Source: a virus (Duplodnaviria; Caudoviricetes). Taken from it: 64,000 bases of DNA. This document shows, one piece after another, positions 28,478-38,629 of the stretch (within the stretch, counting starts at the first letter, position 1; each line of letters begins with the position of its first letter). Both the position numbers and the translations under genes were made by a program. The notes below the pieces were generated by a model. It had not been told where the DNA came from. It saw nothing but the letters and a program-made list of their open reading frames with translations, and did no database searches. The DNA lies in the IMG/VR virus record IMGVR_UViG_3300015360_000023, positions 32,001-96,000 of that record. The stretch is one strand, 5' to 3'.

Positions 28478-28999
28478 ATGGCATCTAAGGATAAAAAACT
28501 TCCATTATCAGCCGTCAAAAAGCTACCCTATAAATCTTTGAATCGAATGATTAAGAAGATGAGGGAGTATCTTAAAAATGACGGTGTTGTTCAAGAAATG
28601 TTCAAAGAGTACGAAGTAGATATTGAAGAGATCGATCTAATTCCAATGCGCTTTGGTACTCTCGATGTGTCTGCAAAAACTGATCATGGTGTAATTATCT
28701 TTAATTACAAACTTTTGACTGATGGGGACTTCTTTAAAGACTTCTCTTATGGAGTTCACGAGATGACCCACTGGCTTCAGCAAACAACCGGAACAAAACC
28801 AACTAAAAGTTCTGACGAAGGAAGCTATTTGGACAATCCATTTGAGCAAGAAGGATTTCAAAACCAAGTTGAATATATTGCTAAGCAATTTGGTGAAGAT
28901 GAAGCCGAAAACTACGTAGATGATTTGTTAGATCATCATGACGTTGAAGATGATAAAGAATATGAAGAAAAGAAAGAAACCTTGATGTCCAAAGTCTGA
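28478..28999 (+). CDS. HExxH zinc metallopeptidase-like protein (start uncertain: ATG 28445, 28469 or 28478)
   Basis: GVHEMTHWLQ...YLDNPFEQEGF zincin pattern; acidic C-terminus. Confidence 0.75.
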   Translation: MASKDKKLPLSAVKKLPYKSLNRMIKKMREYLKNDGVVQEMFKEYEVDIEEIDLIPMRFGTLDVSAKTDHGVIIFNYKLLTDGDFFKDFSYGVHEMTHWLQQTTGTKPTKSSDEGSYLDNPFEQEGFQNQVEYIAKQFGEDEAENYVDDLLDHHDVEDDKEYEEKKETLMSKV

Positions 29000-29027
29000 G
29001 GAGAGGCTAATAAATTAGAATAATAGT

Positions 29028-30992
29028 ATGCCTTTCTATCCTACACCAGTTCGTTCTGGTACATACAACGTTGCTTCGCTTGGAGATGGGTACACCATAA
29101 GTGTATCTTGGCGTCAAGCTTTTCCAACGGGTTCGGCAAACAACATTGCGTATAATATCTATTATTCAACGATTAAAGAGAACGTATTTGCTGAAGGTGC
29201 AAAATATGTTTCCATTGATGATGCTTTAGTCGCCAACATTATTGATTTGATTCCAGGTCAAGTATATTACTTCTGTGTACGCCCTATTGAGTATAATTCA
29301 AGTACTAATGATCTAAATGATTTACCTATTGCTTATGATAACCTTAGAGTTTATCCACAGAGTTTTTTAAGAGCAGATATTTCTAGTTCTGATTTGATAA
29401 TTCCATTGCTCGACGTATCTGACTTCCCTCTTTCGGGAGCTATACGAGTCGGCGCAGAAGCTATTCAATATTCTTCTATAGATGTACCAAATAACAATCT
29501 AATAGTTCCACCAGGGTCTGCGGGCTCACCTGTACAGTTAGTTGATCAAGGTGGTTCAAATTATTTCACTCCGTTTACTGGAAATACAGGCTCAGGCACC
29601 ATTGCCAGTTTAACTACCGTTCCAGCTTCTGGCGCCCCCACAGAAGATTGGAATATCATCTGTAATTTTGTGCAAAGAAACAATCTTAATGCACCAATTG
29701 TTGGTACTGCTAAGTTTATTGCAATTGGAACCCTCTCTGGACAAAAATTAGATGGATATGCGAATCCAATTGTATGGACGGCTAATGGCGGCGTTGTTTC
29801 CAATGGAGTAATTAGTTTTGCTATCAATGATGCTTCCCCAGTGTTTGTTGAAGGAGATGGCTTCCTTGTCAAAGTACAAGGCGCAGGCATTGGAGTTCCC
29901 AATGGAAGAGGATACGCCAATACTAGCGCTCGCTCTCATACGGTAGCAGGATTTGATGGATATTCTCTATATAATCCAAGTGTCTTTTTATATATTCCAG
30001 GTGATGATAGTAGTTGGGATCAAATCTTTGCATGTCAAAATCGCTTTGAATATCCAAATTATCAATACACTAATGCTGATGGATATCATCAAGTCACTAA
30101 AGACTTATTGCATGCTGCCTGGCAAGAAATGGATGCTGCCAATGTTGATTTTCCGATGTATGATTTTTCGGGTTATCATAGGACAGATCCAGTTCAACTG
30201 TTAAATGGAACTTGCGTAGGTAGTTACATTGGCGGCGAAATGGGATGCATAGATAAATACGGTAATGTGCAAATCCTAAGAGGGTTCTCATTACAAGATC
30301 AGAATACTCAACGTCAAGAAGTATTATTATCTATAACTGGACGTGATGCTATTTTAATTAAGATGGTTCATACTGGCATTACTTGCGCTTGTTATTTACC
30401 GTCTAGCGAATATCAAGATGATAGATGCCCTAAATGCTATGGAACTAAATTTGTTTATGGATATGAGCAATATTTTAATCCACGTAGTTCTAATGGTAGA
30501 ATAAAAGTTCGTCCAGGGCCAACCGCCGAAAACATCAAGCAAACTGAGGCCGGTTTAGAATCAGAGTTCCCAGTTGATTTGTGGACTTTGGCTGTTCCAA
30601 CCATTCATACTAGAGATATTATTATTCTTTTTGATCAAGATGGAATTAATGAAGAGTTTAGATATGAAATATCAGATGTAACTAGAAACAATACTATTGT
30701 TGGATTACAGGGCGGTCAACATATGAAGGCCTTGAGAATCAGAAAATATGATCCTGCGTATCAAATCAGAGTATTTAGAGATAGCTCTGAATTCCCAAGC
30801 AAGTTAAACACTAGCATTGGATTTGTGCCAGGTATTCCGCCTCACACCCATGAAATCGTAATTAGTGAGAAAATAACTTCTGTCAATCAGATTAATCAAA
30901 CTACAGCCGTTTCGCAGGGACATAACCACCCAATCGTCAATGGAGTAGTTATGGAGGCGCTTGGACACACGCACACGATTATACTTCCATGA
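29028..30992 (+). CDS. Neck/head-closure protein 2 with FN3-like N-terminus and Zn site (654 aa)
   Basis: YNIYYST FN3-like start; TCAC...CPKCYGT zinc motif; RY.I..VTRN...G..GGQ closure-type barrel; three C-terminal HxH motifs; motif at 29009-29022 ends 5 nt before ATG. Confidence 0.6.
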   Translation: MPFYPTPVRSGTYNVASLGDGYTISVSWRQAFPTGSANNIAYNIYYSTIKENVFAEGAKYVSIDDALVANIIDLIPGQVYYFCVRPIEYNSSTNDLNDLPIAYDNLRVYPQSFLRADISSSDLIIPLLDVSDFPLSGAIRVGAEAIQYSSIDVPNNNLIVPPGSAGSPVQLVDQGGSNYFTPFTGNTGSGTIASLTTVPASGAPTEDWNIICNFVQRNNLNAPIVGTAKFIAIGTLSGQKLDGYANPIVWTANGGVVSNGVISFAINDASPVFVEGDGFLVKVQGAGIGVPNGRGYANTSARSHTVAGFDGYSLYNPSVFLYIPGDDSSWDQIFACQNRFEYPNYQYTNADGYHQVTKDLLHAAWQEMDAANVDFPMYDFSGYHRTDPVQLLNGTCVGSYIGGEMGCIDKYGNVQILRGFSLQDQNTQRQEVLLSITGRDAILIKMVHTGITCACYLPSSEYQDDRCPKCYGTKFVYGYEQYFNPRSSNGRIKVRPGPTAENIKQTEAGLESEFPVDLWTLAVPTIHTRDIIILFDQDGINEEFRYEISDVTRNNTIVGLQGGQHMKALRIRKYDPAYQIRVFRDSSEFPSKLNTSIGFVPGIPPHTHEIVISEKITSVNQINQTTAVSQGHNHPIVNGVVMEALGHTHTIILP

Positions 30993-31034
30993 TAGCAATA
31001 ACCCCGTATAATACCAGCAAATTGAGAGTAATAA

Positions 31035-32747
31035 ATGAGTGATCCAATATCCCCCAACTTTAAGCCAGGCGTAGGTAGATTAGTTACGGACAGATTCGAT
31101 TTTCAGAATCATGTTGATGGATATAGCTTTAGGCATAAGGCTAATAATATGGATCTTTTTCCAACTGTAGTTATTAGTGCCGTCACTCATTCTAACGTTC
31201 AAAGCGCTATTGAAGCTTTAGTTGCTGTAGTTTCTCCTCCTGATATCATTGTTACCGATGCAACTTTGTTTGCAAAGGGCATCGTTCAATTAGCTGGAGA
31301 TATTGGTGGAACCGCAACTAATGTTAGAGTCACTAAGATTCAAAATTTTGCAGTTGCAAACACTGCCCCATCTTCTGGACAGGTATTGGCTTGGAACGGT
31401 GTCCAGTGGACCCCAACGACTTCCGTATCAACTTTCACGGCAGCTAATGACCTTTTTGGTAGCAACGTAACTCAAACTGTTGTCGGTATTCAAAGCAGAC
31501 CTGTCGCTAATATCCTTCCAACTAACAATCAAGTATTAACTTGGGTCGGCGCCAACTCTAGATGGGAGCCTGTTCTAAGTACTCCTACTGGAACTGGATT
31601 TGCAACATTAACTTCTGGTGCTTTTGATGGCACTGCTACCGCTAATATTCGTTATACAGGCGGCAAGTTACAAACCGACACTAATCTTCAATTTAAGAAT
31701 AGTTCTATTACTGGAGATTTAGCTTGGGCACCAACTTCTGTTAACAAAACTATTACATTGCCAAATGCTACGGATACTCTTGTTGGTTTGGCTACTACTG
31801 ATGTCCTAACTAATAAAACAGTAAACGCATCTAACAATACAATTACTGATACGAGCATTGCTACAGGAGACATTTTAATTTCTAATGGAACTAAATTTGT
31901 TCGTCAGGTAAAGGGATCTAATGGAAGTTTCTTAGGCGTATCAGGCGGCGTTGTTGGATATTATACACCAGCCAACAGCACTCCAACTGGAACTGGATTT
32001 GCTCACGTAACTGCCGGCGCTTATGATGCTACGGCTACTGCTAATATTAGATATGTTAGCGGTAAGTTTCAAACTGATTCAAGTATTCAATATCTTAGCG
32101 GAGGTATTAGTGGAGACCTTACTTGGACTCCTGCTACCACAAATAAAGTATTAACTTTACCAAATGCTACGGATACGCTTGTTGGAAAAGCCACCACTGA
32201 TACTCTGACCAATAAAACTTTTAACATTATTGATACTGGTAATTTCTTAACGTCTACATCGCAAGCTACTGGAGATTTGATTAAAAATAATGGAACTCAG
32301 TTTCTTCGTTTTGCTAGAGGAACCTCTTTACAAGTTTTGCGCGTTAACGTTAGCGCAACTGATTTGGAATGGGCGACCGTAGCTTTCCCTTCTACTGAAG
32401 TTACTATTAATCAGGTAGGAGCTGGACAGCTTAATAACGTAGTAACAGATAATGGTGCTGGTAGCAATGCTGCAATGATAAGATTTACTGGAGACGGAGC
32501 TGCTACTGATATTACCCTTAGCGGTCTTGCTAGCGGCTCAGGAGTTAGAAGAGTGGTGCTTGCAGCTACAAGTACTTCTAAGCTAATTGTTTCACATCAG
32601 GATACAAACAGTACATCCACTAATAGGATTATTTGTCCAGGTAATGTACCTTGGATTGTTGGAACAGATGGCTATACTACTGAGGTTATGTGGGATAGCA
32701 CTACTTCAAGATGGAGATTAATTGGCAGTTTGGCCCAAATGACTTAA
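31035..32747 (+). CDS. Tail fibre-like protein with internal duplication (570 aa)
   Basis: DAT...KGIVQLAGD and GQVL.WNG..W.P fibre motifs; two copies of TPTGTGFA...TLPNATDTLVG.ATTD.LTNKT; preceded by AATAA-CCCC-GTATA (30997-31010). Confidence 0.75.
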   Translation: MSDPISPNFKPGVGRLVTDRFDFQNHVDGYSFRHKANNMDLFPTVVISAVTHSNVQSAIEALVAVVSPPDIIVTDATLFAKGIVQLAGDIGGTATNVRVTKIQNFAVANTAPSSGQVLAWNGVQWTPTTSVSTFTAANDLFGSNVTQTVVGIQSRPVANILPTNNQVLTWVGANSRWEPVLSTPTGTGFATLTSGAFDGTATANIRYTGGKLQTDTNLQFKNSSITGDLAWAPTSVNKTITLPNATDTLVGLATTDVLTNKTVNASNNTITDTSIATGDILISNGTKFVRQVKGSNGSFLGVSGGVVGYYTPANSTPTGTGFAHVTAGAYDATATANIRYVSGKFQTDSSIQYLSGGISGDLTWTPATTNKVLTLPNATDTLVGKATTDTLTNKTFNIIDTGNFLTSTSQATGDLIKNNGTQFLRFARGTSLQVLRVNVSATDLEWATVAFPSTEVTINQVGAGQLNNVVTDNGAGSNAAMIRFTGDGAATDITLSGLASGSGVRRVVLAATSTSKLIVSHQDTNSTSTNRIICPGNVPWIVGTDGYTTEVMWDSTTSRWRLIGSLAQMT

Positions 32748-32804
32748 TCCTATAAGTTTGCGTAATATAATACCAATTCTTTTGCATATATCCGAGGAGT
32801 TTTT

Positions 32805-33317
32805 ATGGATACGATTTTACAAGCCTTCTTAAGTTGGCAATTTTTAGCTTTTTCCTTGTCAATTGGTGCAATTATTTACGTAATTAGACAAGTTGTTGAA
32901 TATGCAATGATTCATTGGTGGCCGCTTAAGCAATGGAAGGCTGCAAACAAGCAATCTAAAGTATGGAGAGCCTTAATTCTTCCAATTCTTCCAATTTTGC
33001 TTGGCGGCGCAAGCTTCTTTATTACTACATATCCATATCCTGAAGGATTTAATACTTCCGCAGGTCGTTTGGCTTTTGGATTAGTCGCCGGGTTTACATC
33101 TGGCATGTTTGTTAGATTGTATAACTCTTTCTTAGCATCTAGCATTGCTGATTTTGCTCAAAAAATTAGAACTGCCTCAGAGCCTCCTAAGCCTAGGCGC
33201 CGTTCTCGTGACCGTGACCGTGACCGTGACCATGACCATGACCATGATGACTGTGACCACGATCATGACAGCGATTTAGAACAATCAGTAAGAGATTCAA
33301 TTAAAAAAGATCAATAA
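32805..33317 (+). CDS. Holin-like membrane protein with Arg/Asp/His repeat tail (170 aa)
   Basis: Three hydrophobic segments; GAGGAG SD; AATTC-TTTT-GCATA at 32775-32788. Confidence 0.55.
   Translation: MDTILQAFLSWQFLAFSLSIGAIIYVIRQVVEYAMIHWWPLKQWKAANKQSKVWRALILPILPILLGGASFFITTYPYPEGFNTSAGRLAFGLVAGFTSGMFVRLYNSFLASSIADFAQKIRTASEPPKPRRRSRDRDRDRDHDHDHDDCDHDHDSDLEQSVRDSIKKDQ
33207..33269 (+). repeat. 6-nt tandem repeat (CGTGAC)4(CATGAC)2 plus degenerate copies, encoding RDRDRDRDHDHDHDDCDHDHD
   Basis: Read directly from sequence. Confidence 0.9.
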
Positions 33318-33357
33318 CAATAATTTCAGTTATATATTGAAATAAATATGGTAATAG

Positions 33358-36300
33358 ATGAGTAACTTTCCAAACAATTTTGATGATGACACAACGTTGC
33401 CGTTTGTAAACGACAACATTACTGAAATAGGCGGAGATGCAATCAACGCCCTTCGTGATGCTGTGTTTCAAATTCAGCAATATCTTGGGTTAGGCGGAGC
33501 TGGCACCACTAGCTCTATTTCCGCACGTTTTGGTATTTCCATTTTTCCAGATGGAACAATCAAGCCTTCCGCCATCACTGGTTTAGGGTTAGTCACTCTT
33601 CCAATTACTGAAAATCAAATCGCTAACAACGCGAACATCCCTGAATCTAAATTACGTTTAGATCACAGGACGCAAGATTTATTTAACTATACTAAAGATC
33701 TAGCAAGAGATGTTAACTTAGTAGCTGGATGGATTTCTACTACTGGTATTAAGTTAGAGCCACACTTGATTGGCGCAATCTATAGACATACTATGGATCA
33801 AATTGATGTCTCTTATGATGATACTAAATTCTTGTATAATAACAAACGTATTCTTAGGGACAACCTAAATTCTTACACGCTTGTTAATGATATGAATGAT
33901 GAGCTATTGGCTCATCAGTGGGCAGATGGATCTCCTTTTGGTACTCCATACACCATTACTTCAAATAATGGCTCTGTATTTTCTTCTAATTACGGACACA
34001 CCGCAAGCTCTATCTTCATTAATACAAGTAGGTTTAACAATCTTCCTCAAACTGCTGACGACGTTCAGTTGTTTGCTGAATACATTGATAGCTCAAGTAT
34101 TTTCTTGCTAGGTACAAGAATTCAAAACTTGTACAGCAGTGGTATTTCTAGAGCCTCTCGTTCTTCTAATTTGACAACAGATGGATATGGTCAATTCATT
34201 ATCTCATCCACTCCAGCTATTGCTTATCTAAAGAATATTGGTAATATCAGTAATCCATATGATAACATTGACACTGGTGACGACGTCATTGAATTAAAAC
34301 CATCAAACGCAGAGCAGCTTAATCATTCTTTTGATGCAAAATTTGCTCTTGTTAAAGTTGGCGATATTATCAGAGTCAATTATGGTACTATTGAAGTTCC
34401 GTTTGTCATTAAAGAAAAAAAGTATTCAGGAACAATTGGTAGTAAGAAATATATTGTTAGAATTGCAGGAAAGAATCAATTCTATTCGCCTGTAGCACTT
34501 GCCACTATTTCCAAGCCGCTATTTAATTCAAATAAGTATGCAGAGTTATCAATCTCGCCGGTTAATAATAGATTTAATGCTACTCCAAGTTTGATTATCA
34601 ATAATCCTCGTGGCGCTCAAACATTAGGTGTTGGTTTCAATCCAGATCAATTAGATGAAAATCACTATCTATTATACCTTGCCCTTTACCCAACTGGTCA
34701 CGTCTCAGACGGTTATACTATTTTACCAGCAATTGACGTTACTGGAAATCAAGGAACCACTCCTGGCTTATATACATTAAGCTCAGTAGTTCAAGCAACC
34801 AATAATGCATTTAGACAAGCTGGATTCAATTACAGATTTGCTGCCTTTTCTTATAAGGGCGAGTTTGGTGTTTGTTTGGCCGACTCATATAATAACACTG
34901 CTTTTTCAATTGTTAGTGCTGCTTTAAAAGATGATGGAACAATTGATACATTAGCTACTCAGGTTACATTGCCAAAGAACGTTGTTGATTTGCTTCCAGT
35001 GGTCGGTACAATTGGTTATGATCCTCTTGGATTCGGACAAACTGGATCTGGTAGTGCCAGCCCACCATATTATACGACCTACGGATCTGCTGCCGCCTCT
35101 CAAGCTCCAACTAAACTATTTGTTCCTTTAAGAAGAAATAGTTACTACGTTGACGGAACTGAAAAAGAAAAACTAGATAGAGAACCAACACAAGCACTTG
35201 ATGGGTATGGAGATGGTTACTGGGTAGCTACTATTCAAGATGTTACTATCCCTTCTGGACGTGTTCAAACTACTTATCGTGTTCCATTAGATTTATCTAC
35301 CTCTGGACTTAAAGAAGGAAAAACATTAGTTATTCAATCTTTGGGCGGAGCAAGTTTAGTTGACTGTGGAAGATACATAATTCAACAAGTCGTATTCGGA
35401 TGCTCTCCAACAAATTTCACGGATATTACAGTCTATGACTCTGTTCATGGAGTGGGAAGCTCTCCATCCGCAGTTGTACAGCCATTTGAACAGGTAGCGT
35501 TATACTTTGGTCCTGACTCAGTTTCTTTCAACAATGAATCAGTATCAGATATTAGTGTATTTACACCATTCAAAAGACATTTTGAAGTTTACATTGATAG
35601 AGATGGTAGAACATTTACTCATGAAAGAGGCAGAATAACTGTAGGCGGAAGCAACAAAACCGTCAACGGAACTTTGTTGTACGGATTCTCTCAACTTGCT
35701 AAGTTAGATATTATTAAGATCTCTTCCAAGTTACGTGGATTTCAATTCGGATCAGTTAACAAGATTACCTTAAGAGTGTTTAGTTACGTTGCTTCTACTG
35801 GAGTGTTTGACGGGTATCTAAGTTCTTATGATGGTAGTACTTTTACTCACTTTGGTCCTCGCACCACTGGTAAAAAAGGCCAAGTTACAAGATTTTATGA
35901 TGAAACGAATACAGACTACATCGAAGTAATATATGATATTAATGATTCTGTTTCTGATTTTACAGATCAGCTAATTGACTTTCAATTATTCCCAAGCTTG
36001 ACTCTTGATGATGAGCTTATGTTACTTGGCACTTGTCAAGTTGACGATGGGACTAGCGATCCAACCAAGATGGTTAGCAGGATTCTAGACGCAAGACAAT
36101 TTGGAAATACCAGCGAAAAAGATTTAAGTAACTCTGTTTTTGAGTACATGTCAGTCCCAGAGAAACACCTACACAGCAACGGAGTAATTAGAGGCTTTAA
36201 CGTTTATCAGAATTTTAACGGTACTCCTGGTACTGGCGCAATGATTTACCTAAACGGTGGCGTTGCTTTAGTTAACGGCGTATTGCTAAATATTAATAAT

Positions 36301-37872
36301 GATACAGTCACTATTCCGGCTATCAGAGAAACTTATGGAAGCTCTTTCTGGAGTGTAAATTGGATTGTTTGTCTTGATGACAATGGTGATTATAAATTAA
36401 TTCCAATGTTGGATTATGATGCTGTTCTGGGAACCCCAAATGCACCAACAAGATTATTTACCGCTGTAGATGTTATCAGTTCAACTAGTTATATCTTACC
36501 AGCAAGTTCATTTGCTGATTTAGTTAATAATAGAAAAGATCTAACTCCACTATATGTAGTATCTACTACAACAGTCGGCACAATAACTCCAACTGTTTCC
36601 ATTACAATAAAAGATGTAAGAAAGTTTATTTACAAGAGCGATTGGAGTGAAAGACCAACTTTAGCTGTAGGTATTGAGAACGCAGACTTTAGAAGTTTAG
36701 AAGCTCTAACTATGTGGTTTAACTATAATTCTAGTTACAACAACACGGTAAATGTTAGGGGAACCATATCTTCTTTCACGTCTCCAATGACGTTTACTAC
36801 CAGGAGCAGATTTTATGGTGATGGTTTAGCTGCATTTTCTGTCAGTTCAACGCTTAGCATTACAAATATAGAATTTAATAGTATTACGTTCACTGTAAAT
36901 GCAACAATGACTTTAACTTCTGTTGATTTTAATTCCATTACTTTTGGAGGAACAGCCAATTTAACGAGCACTACATCTAACTTTAATAAATGTACGTTTA
37001 ACGTTCCTGCCGGAGCCTCATTGGTATTCAATAGTTCCAATCTTGATAATGTTACTTTCAATTTGAATGGTGGGGCTACTCTTTCGTTTGGTAATTCTCA
37101 TGTAACTAATTGTACAATAAATTGTTCTTCTGGTGCAAGTACGATTAATATTACTGGTGTTAACTCAAATATAATTAATAATACGTTTACTTTCAATAGC
37201 GCTAGTAACACATTGAATTTTACGGGGAGAGCTAGTGGAAACAAATTTAATTGGAATGCTATTTCTAATGTAATAAATGTAAGTGGGGACATTGATTTAA
37301 TTGCTAATCATTTCTTATCTACTACTTCTATACCTATTAGCTATTTCTTAAATATTGCAGATGGAACTAATGGTATTATTTCAGATAATTTATTCTTTAG
37401 ATTAAATAACGTTATTTCGGCTTACATTGTGGGGCCGGCTTCGCTAACTAGCGGCGTTGTAACAATCACGAATAACTTTTTTGATAGCTCTACTATCGAT
37501 GGTACTAATCAAAATTTGATTTCTAACTTACCATTAACTTGGATTTATGCTAACAATCTAAATACTCCGCATAGACTTAATGTTCGTAGAATTACTGCGG
37601 GCGGCACTTATAACGTAGCTATAACTGATCATGTACTTGCATTAGAGCACACCTCAGCAATCACTATTAATTTACCAACTATTAGTGCATCTCCTGCTGG
37701 TAGAACTTTGATTATTAAAGATGTACTTGGAAGAGCAGATAGTTTTCCTATCACACTACATAGGGCTGTATCAACTGAAAATATTGAAAATATTGTCGCA
37801 GATTACGTTACAAAAAATCCTTATGGATCAATCACTATAGTTATCAATTCAACTGGATGGACTATCTTATAA
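33358..37872 (+). CDS. Large tail fibre/baseplate-anchored receptor-binding protein (1504 aa)
   Basis: SNFP...DD...INAL.DAV..IQ.YLG N-terminus; Asn-rich parallel beta-helix region near C-terminus; same terminal ITINLP...GRTLIIKD module as other fibres. Confidence 0.7.
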   Translation: MSNFPNNFDDDTTLPFVNDNITEIGGDAINALRDAVFQIQQYLGLGGAGTTSSISARFGISIFPDGTIKPSAITGLGLVTLPITENQIANNANIPESKLRLDHRTQDLFNYTKDLARDVNLVAGWISTTGIKLEPHLIGAIYRHTMDQIDVSYDDTKFLYNNKRILRDNLNSYTLVNDMNDELLAHQWADGSPFGTPYTITSNNGSVFSSNYGHTASSIFINTSRFNNLPQTADDVQLFAEYIDSSSIFLLGTRIQNLYSSGISRASRSSNLTTDGYGQFIISSTPAIAYLKNIGNISNPYDNIDTGDDVIELKPSNAEQLNHSFDAKFALVKVGDIIRVNYGTIEVPFVIKEKKYSGTIGSKKYIVRIAGKNQFYSPVALATISKPLFNSNKYAELSISPVNNRFNATPSLIINNPRGAQTLGVGFNPDQLDENHYLLYLALYPTGHVSDGYTILPAIDVTGNQGTTPGLYTLSSVVQATNNAFRQAGFNYRFAAFSYKGEFGVCLADSYNNTAFSIVSAALKDDGTIDTLATQVTLPKNVVDLLPVVGTIGYDPLGFGQTGSGSASPPYYTTYGSAAASQAPTKLFVPLRRNSYYVDGTEKEKLDREPTQALDGYGDGYWVATIQDVTIPSGRVQTTYRVPLDLSTSGLKEGKTLVIQSLGGASLVDCGRYIIQQVVFGCSPTNFTDITVYDSVHGVGSSPSAVVQPFEQVALYFGPDSVSFNNESVSDISVFTPFKRHFEVYIDRDGRTFTHERGRITVGGSNKTVNGTLLYGFSQLAKLDIIKISSKLRGFQFGSVNKITLRVFSYVASTGVFDGYLSSYDGSTFTHFGPRTTGKKGQVTRFYDETNTDYIEVIYDINDSVSDFTDQLIDFQLFPSLTLDDELMLLGTCQVDDGTSDPTKMVSRILDARQFGNTSEKDLSNSVFEYMSVPEKHLHSNGVIRGFNVYQNFNGTPGTGAMIYLNGGVALVNGVLLNINNDTVTIPAIRETYGSSFWSVNWIVCLDDNGDYKLIPMLDYDAVLGTPNAPTRLFTAVDVISSTSYILPASSFADLVNNRKDLTPLYVVSTTTVGTITPTVSITIKDVRKFIYKSDWSERPTLAVGIENADFRSLEALTMWFNYNSSYNNTVNVRGTISSFTSPMTFTTRSRFYGDGLAAFSVSSTLSITNIEFNSITFTVNATMTLTSVDFNSITFGGTANLTSTTSNFNKCTFNVPAGASLVFNSSNLDNVTFNLNGGATLSFGNSHVTNCTINCSSGASTINITGVNSNIINNTFTFNSASNTLNFTGRASGNKFNWNAISNVINVSGDIDLIANHFLSTTSIPISYFLNIADGTNGIISDNLFFRLNNVISAYIVGPASLTSGVVTITNNFFDSSTIDGTNQNLISNLPLTWIYANNLNTPHRLNVRRITAGGTYNVAITDHVLALEHTSAITINLPTISASPAGRTLIIKDVLGRADSFPITLHRAVSTENIENIVADYVTKNPYGSITIVINSTGWTIL

Positions 37873-37881
37873 AGAGGAAAC

Positions 37882-38628
37882 ATGTCAAATCCTAGGTTAT
37901 ATAAACAGATTTTTTTCTCAAATAGTACGTGGTCAACCCCCGCTGGTGTCCGATTTGTTATCGTTACAGGTTGTGGTGGAGGGGGCGGAGGTGGTGGCGG
38001 AGCAGCAACTAGCGGTGCCGCTAATATTCATTATTACGCAACTGGTGGAAGTGGAGGTCAACCTGCGCCTACCTCTACTCAAATTGTTGAAGTTACTCCA
38101 GGTATAACTTATACAATTACTATTGGTTTAGGTGGTGCTGGTGGTGGCTTTACTGCTGTACCTAATTACAATGATGGTGGCGGTAAAGCGCCTGGCAACG
38201 TTGGTTCTGCTGGAGGATCTACTGTTTTTGGCGGTGTTTTTTTTCCAGGAGGTCAAGGCGGCGCTCGTGGAGAAATTGTTTACCCTGCCGGCCCTTCTGA
38301 TCCAAATGATCTTCAAGGTCGTTTGTTAGCTAATAGAGAGCCGGCTACTTTTTGCGCTGCACCCGGAGCTACTCGTTTGAGTAAAGGTGGTGGTGGCGGT
38401 GGTGGTGGTGGCACTTCTAACAACATCTATTCTGCTGGCGGTGGTGGCGGTCAAGGAGCTTTTGGATTTGACGGTTATCCATTTTCAACTGGTGGCGGTG
38501 GTGGTGGTGTTGGTGCGGGCGGCGGAGGTGGCGGTGGTGGTGAAGGTCGCGATTATAACAATACACATGACGGTTCTGCCGGTGGTCCGGGCGGTTCTGG
38601 TTTTGTAGAAATTTCATGGATACAATAA
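37882..38628 (+). CDS. Glycine-rich fibre-associated protein (248 aa)
   Basis: W..PAGV..V.V...GGGGGGG...GGSGFVEISW glycine-rich domain; GAGGA SD. Confidence 0.75.
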   Translation: MSNPRLYKQIFFSNSTWSTPAGVRFVIVTGCGGGGGGGGGAATSGAANIHYYATGGSGGQPAPTSTQIVEVTPGITYTITIGLGGAGGGFTAVPNYNDGGGKAPGNVGSAGGSTVFGGVFFPGGQGGARGEIVYPAGPSDPNDLQGRLLANREPATFCAAPGATRLSKGGGGGGGGGTSNNIYSAGGGGGQGAFGFDGYPFSTGGGGGGVGAGGGGGGGGEGRDYNNTHDGSAGGPGGSGFVEISWIQ

Positions 38629-38629
38629 A

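Noticed and set aside
10890-32220. Diversity-generating retroelement VR/TR pair among the duplicated fibre segments
   Set aside because: Copies are in-frame within genes and differ at synonymous sites, not specifically at adenines; no reverse transcriptase in the window
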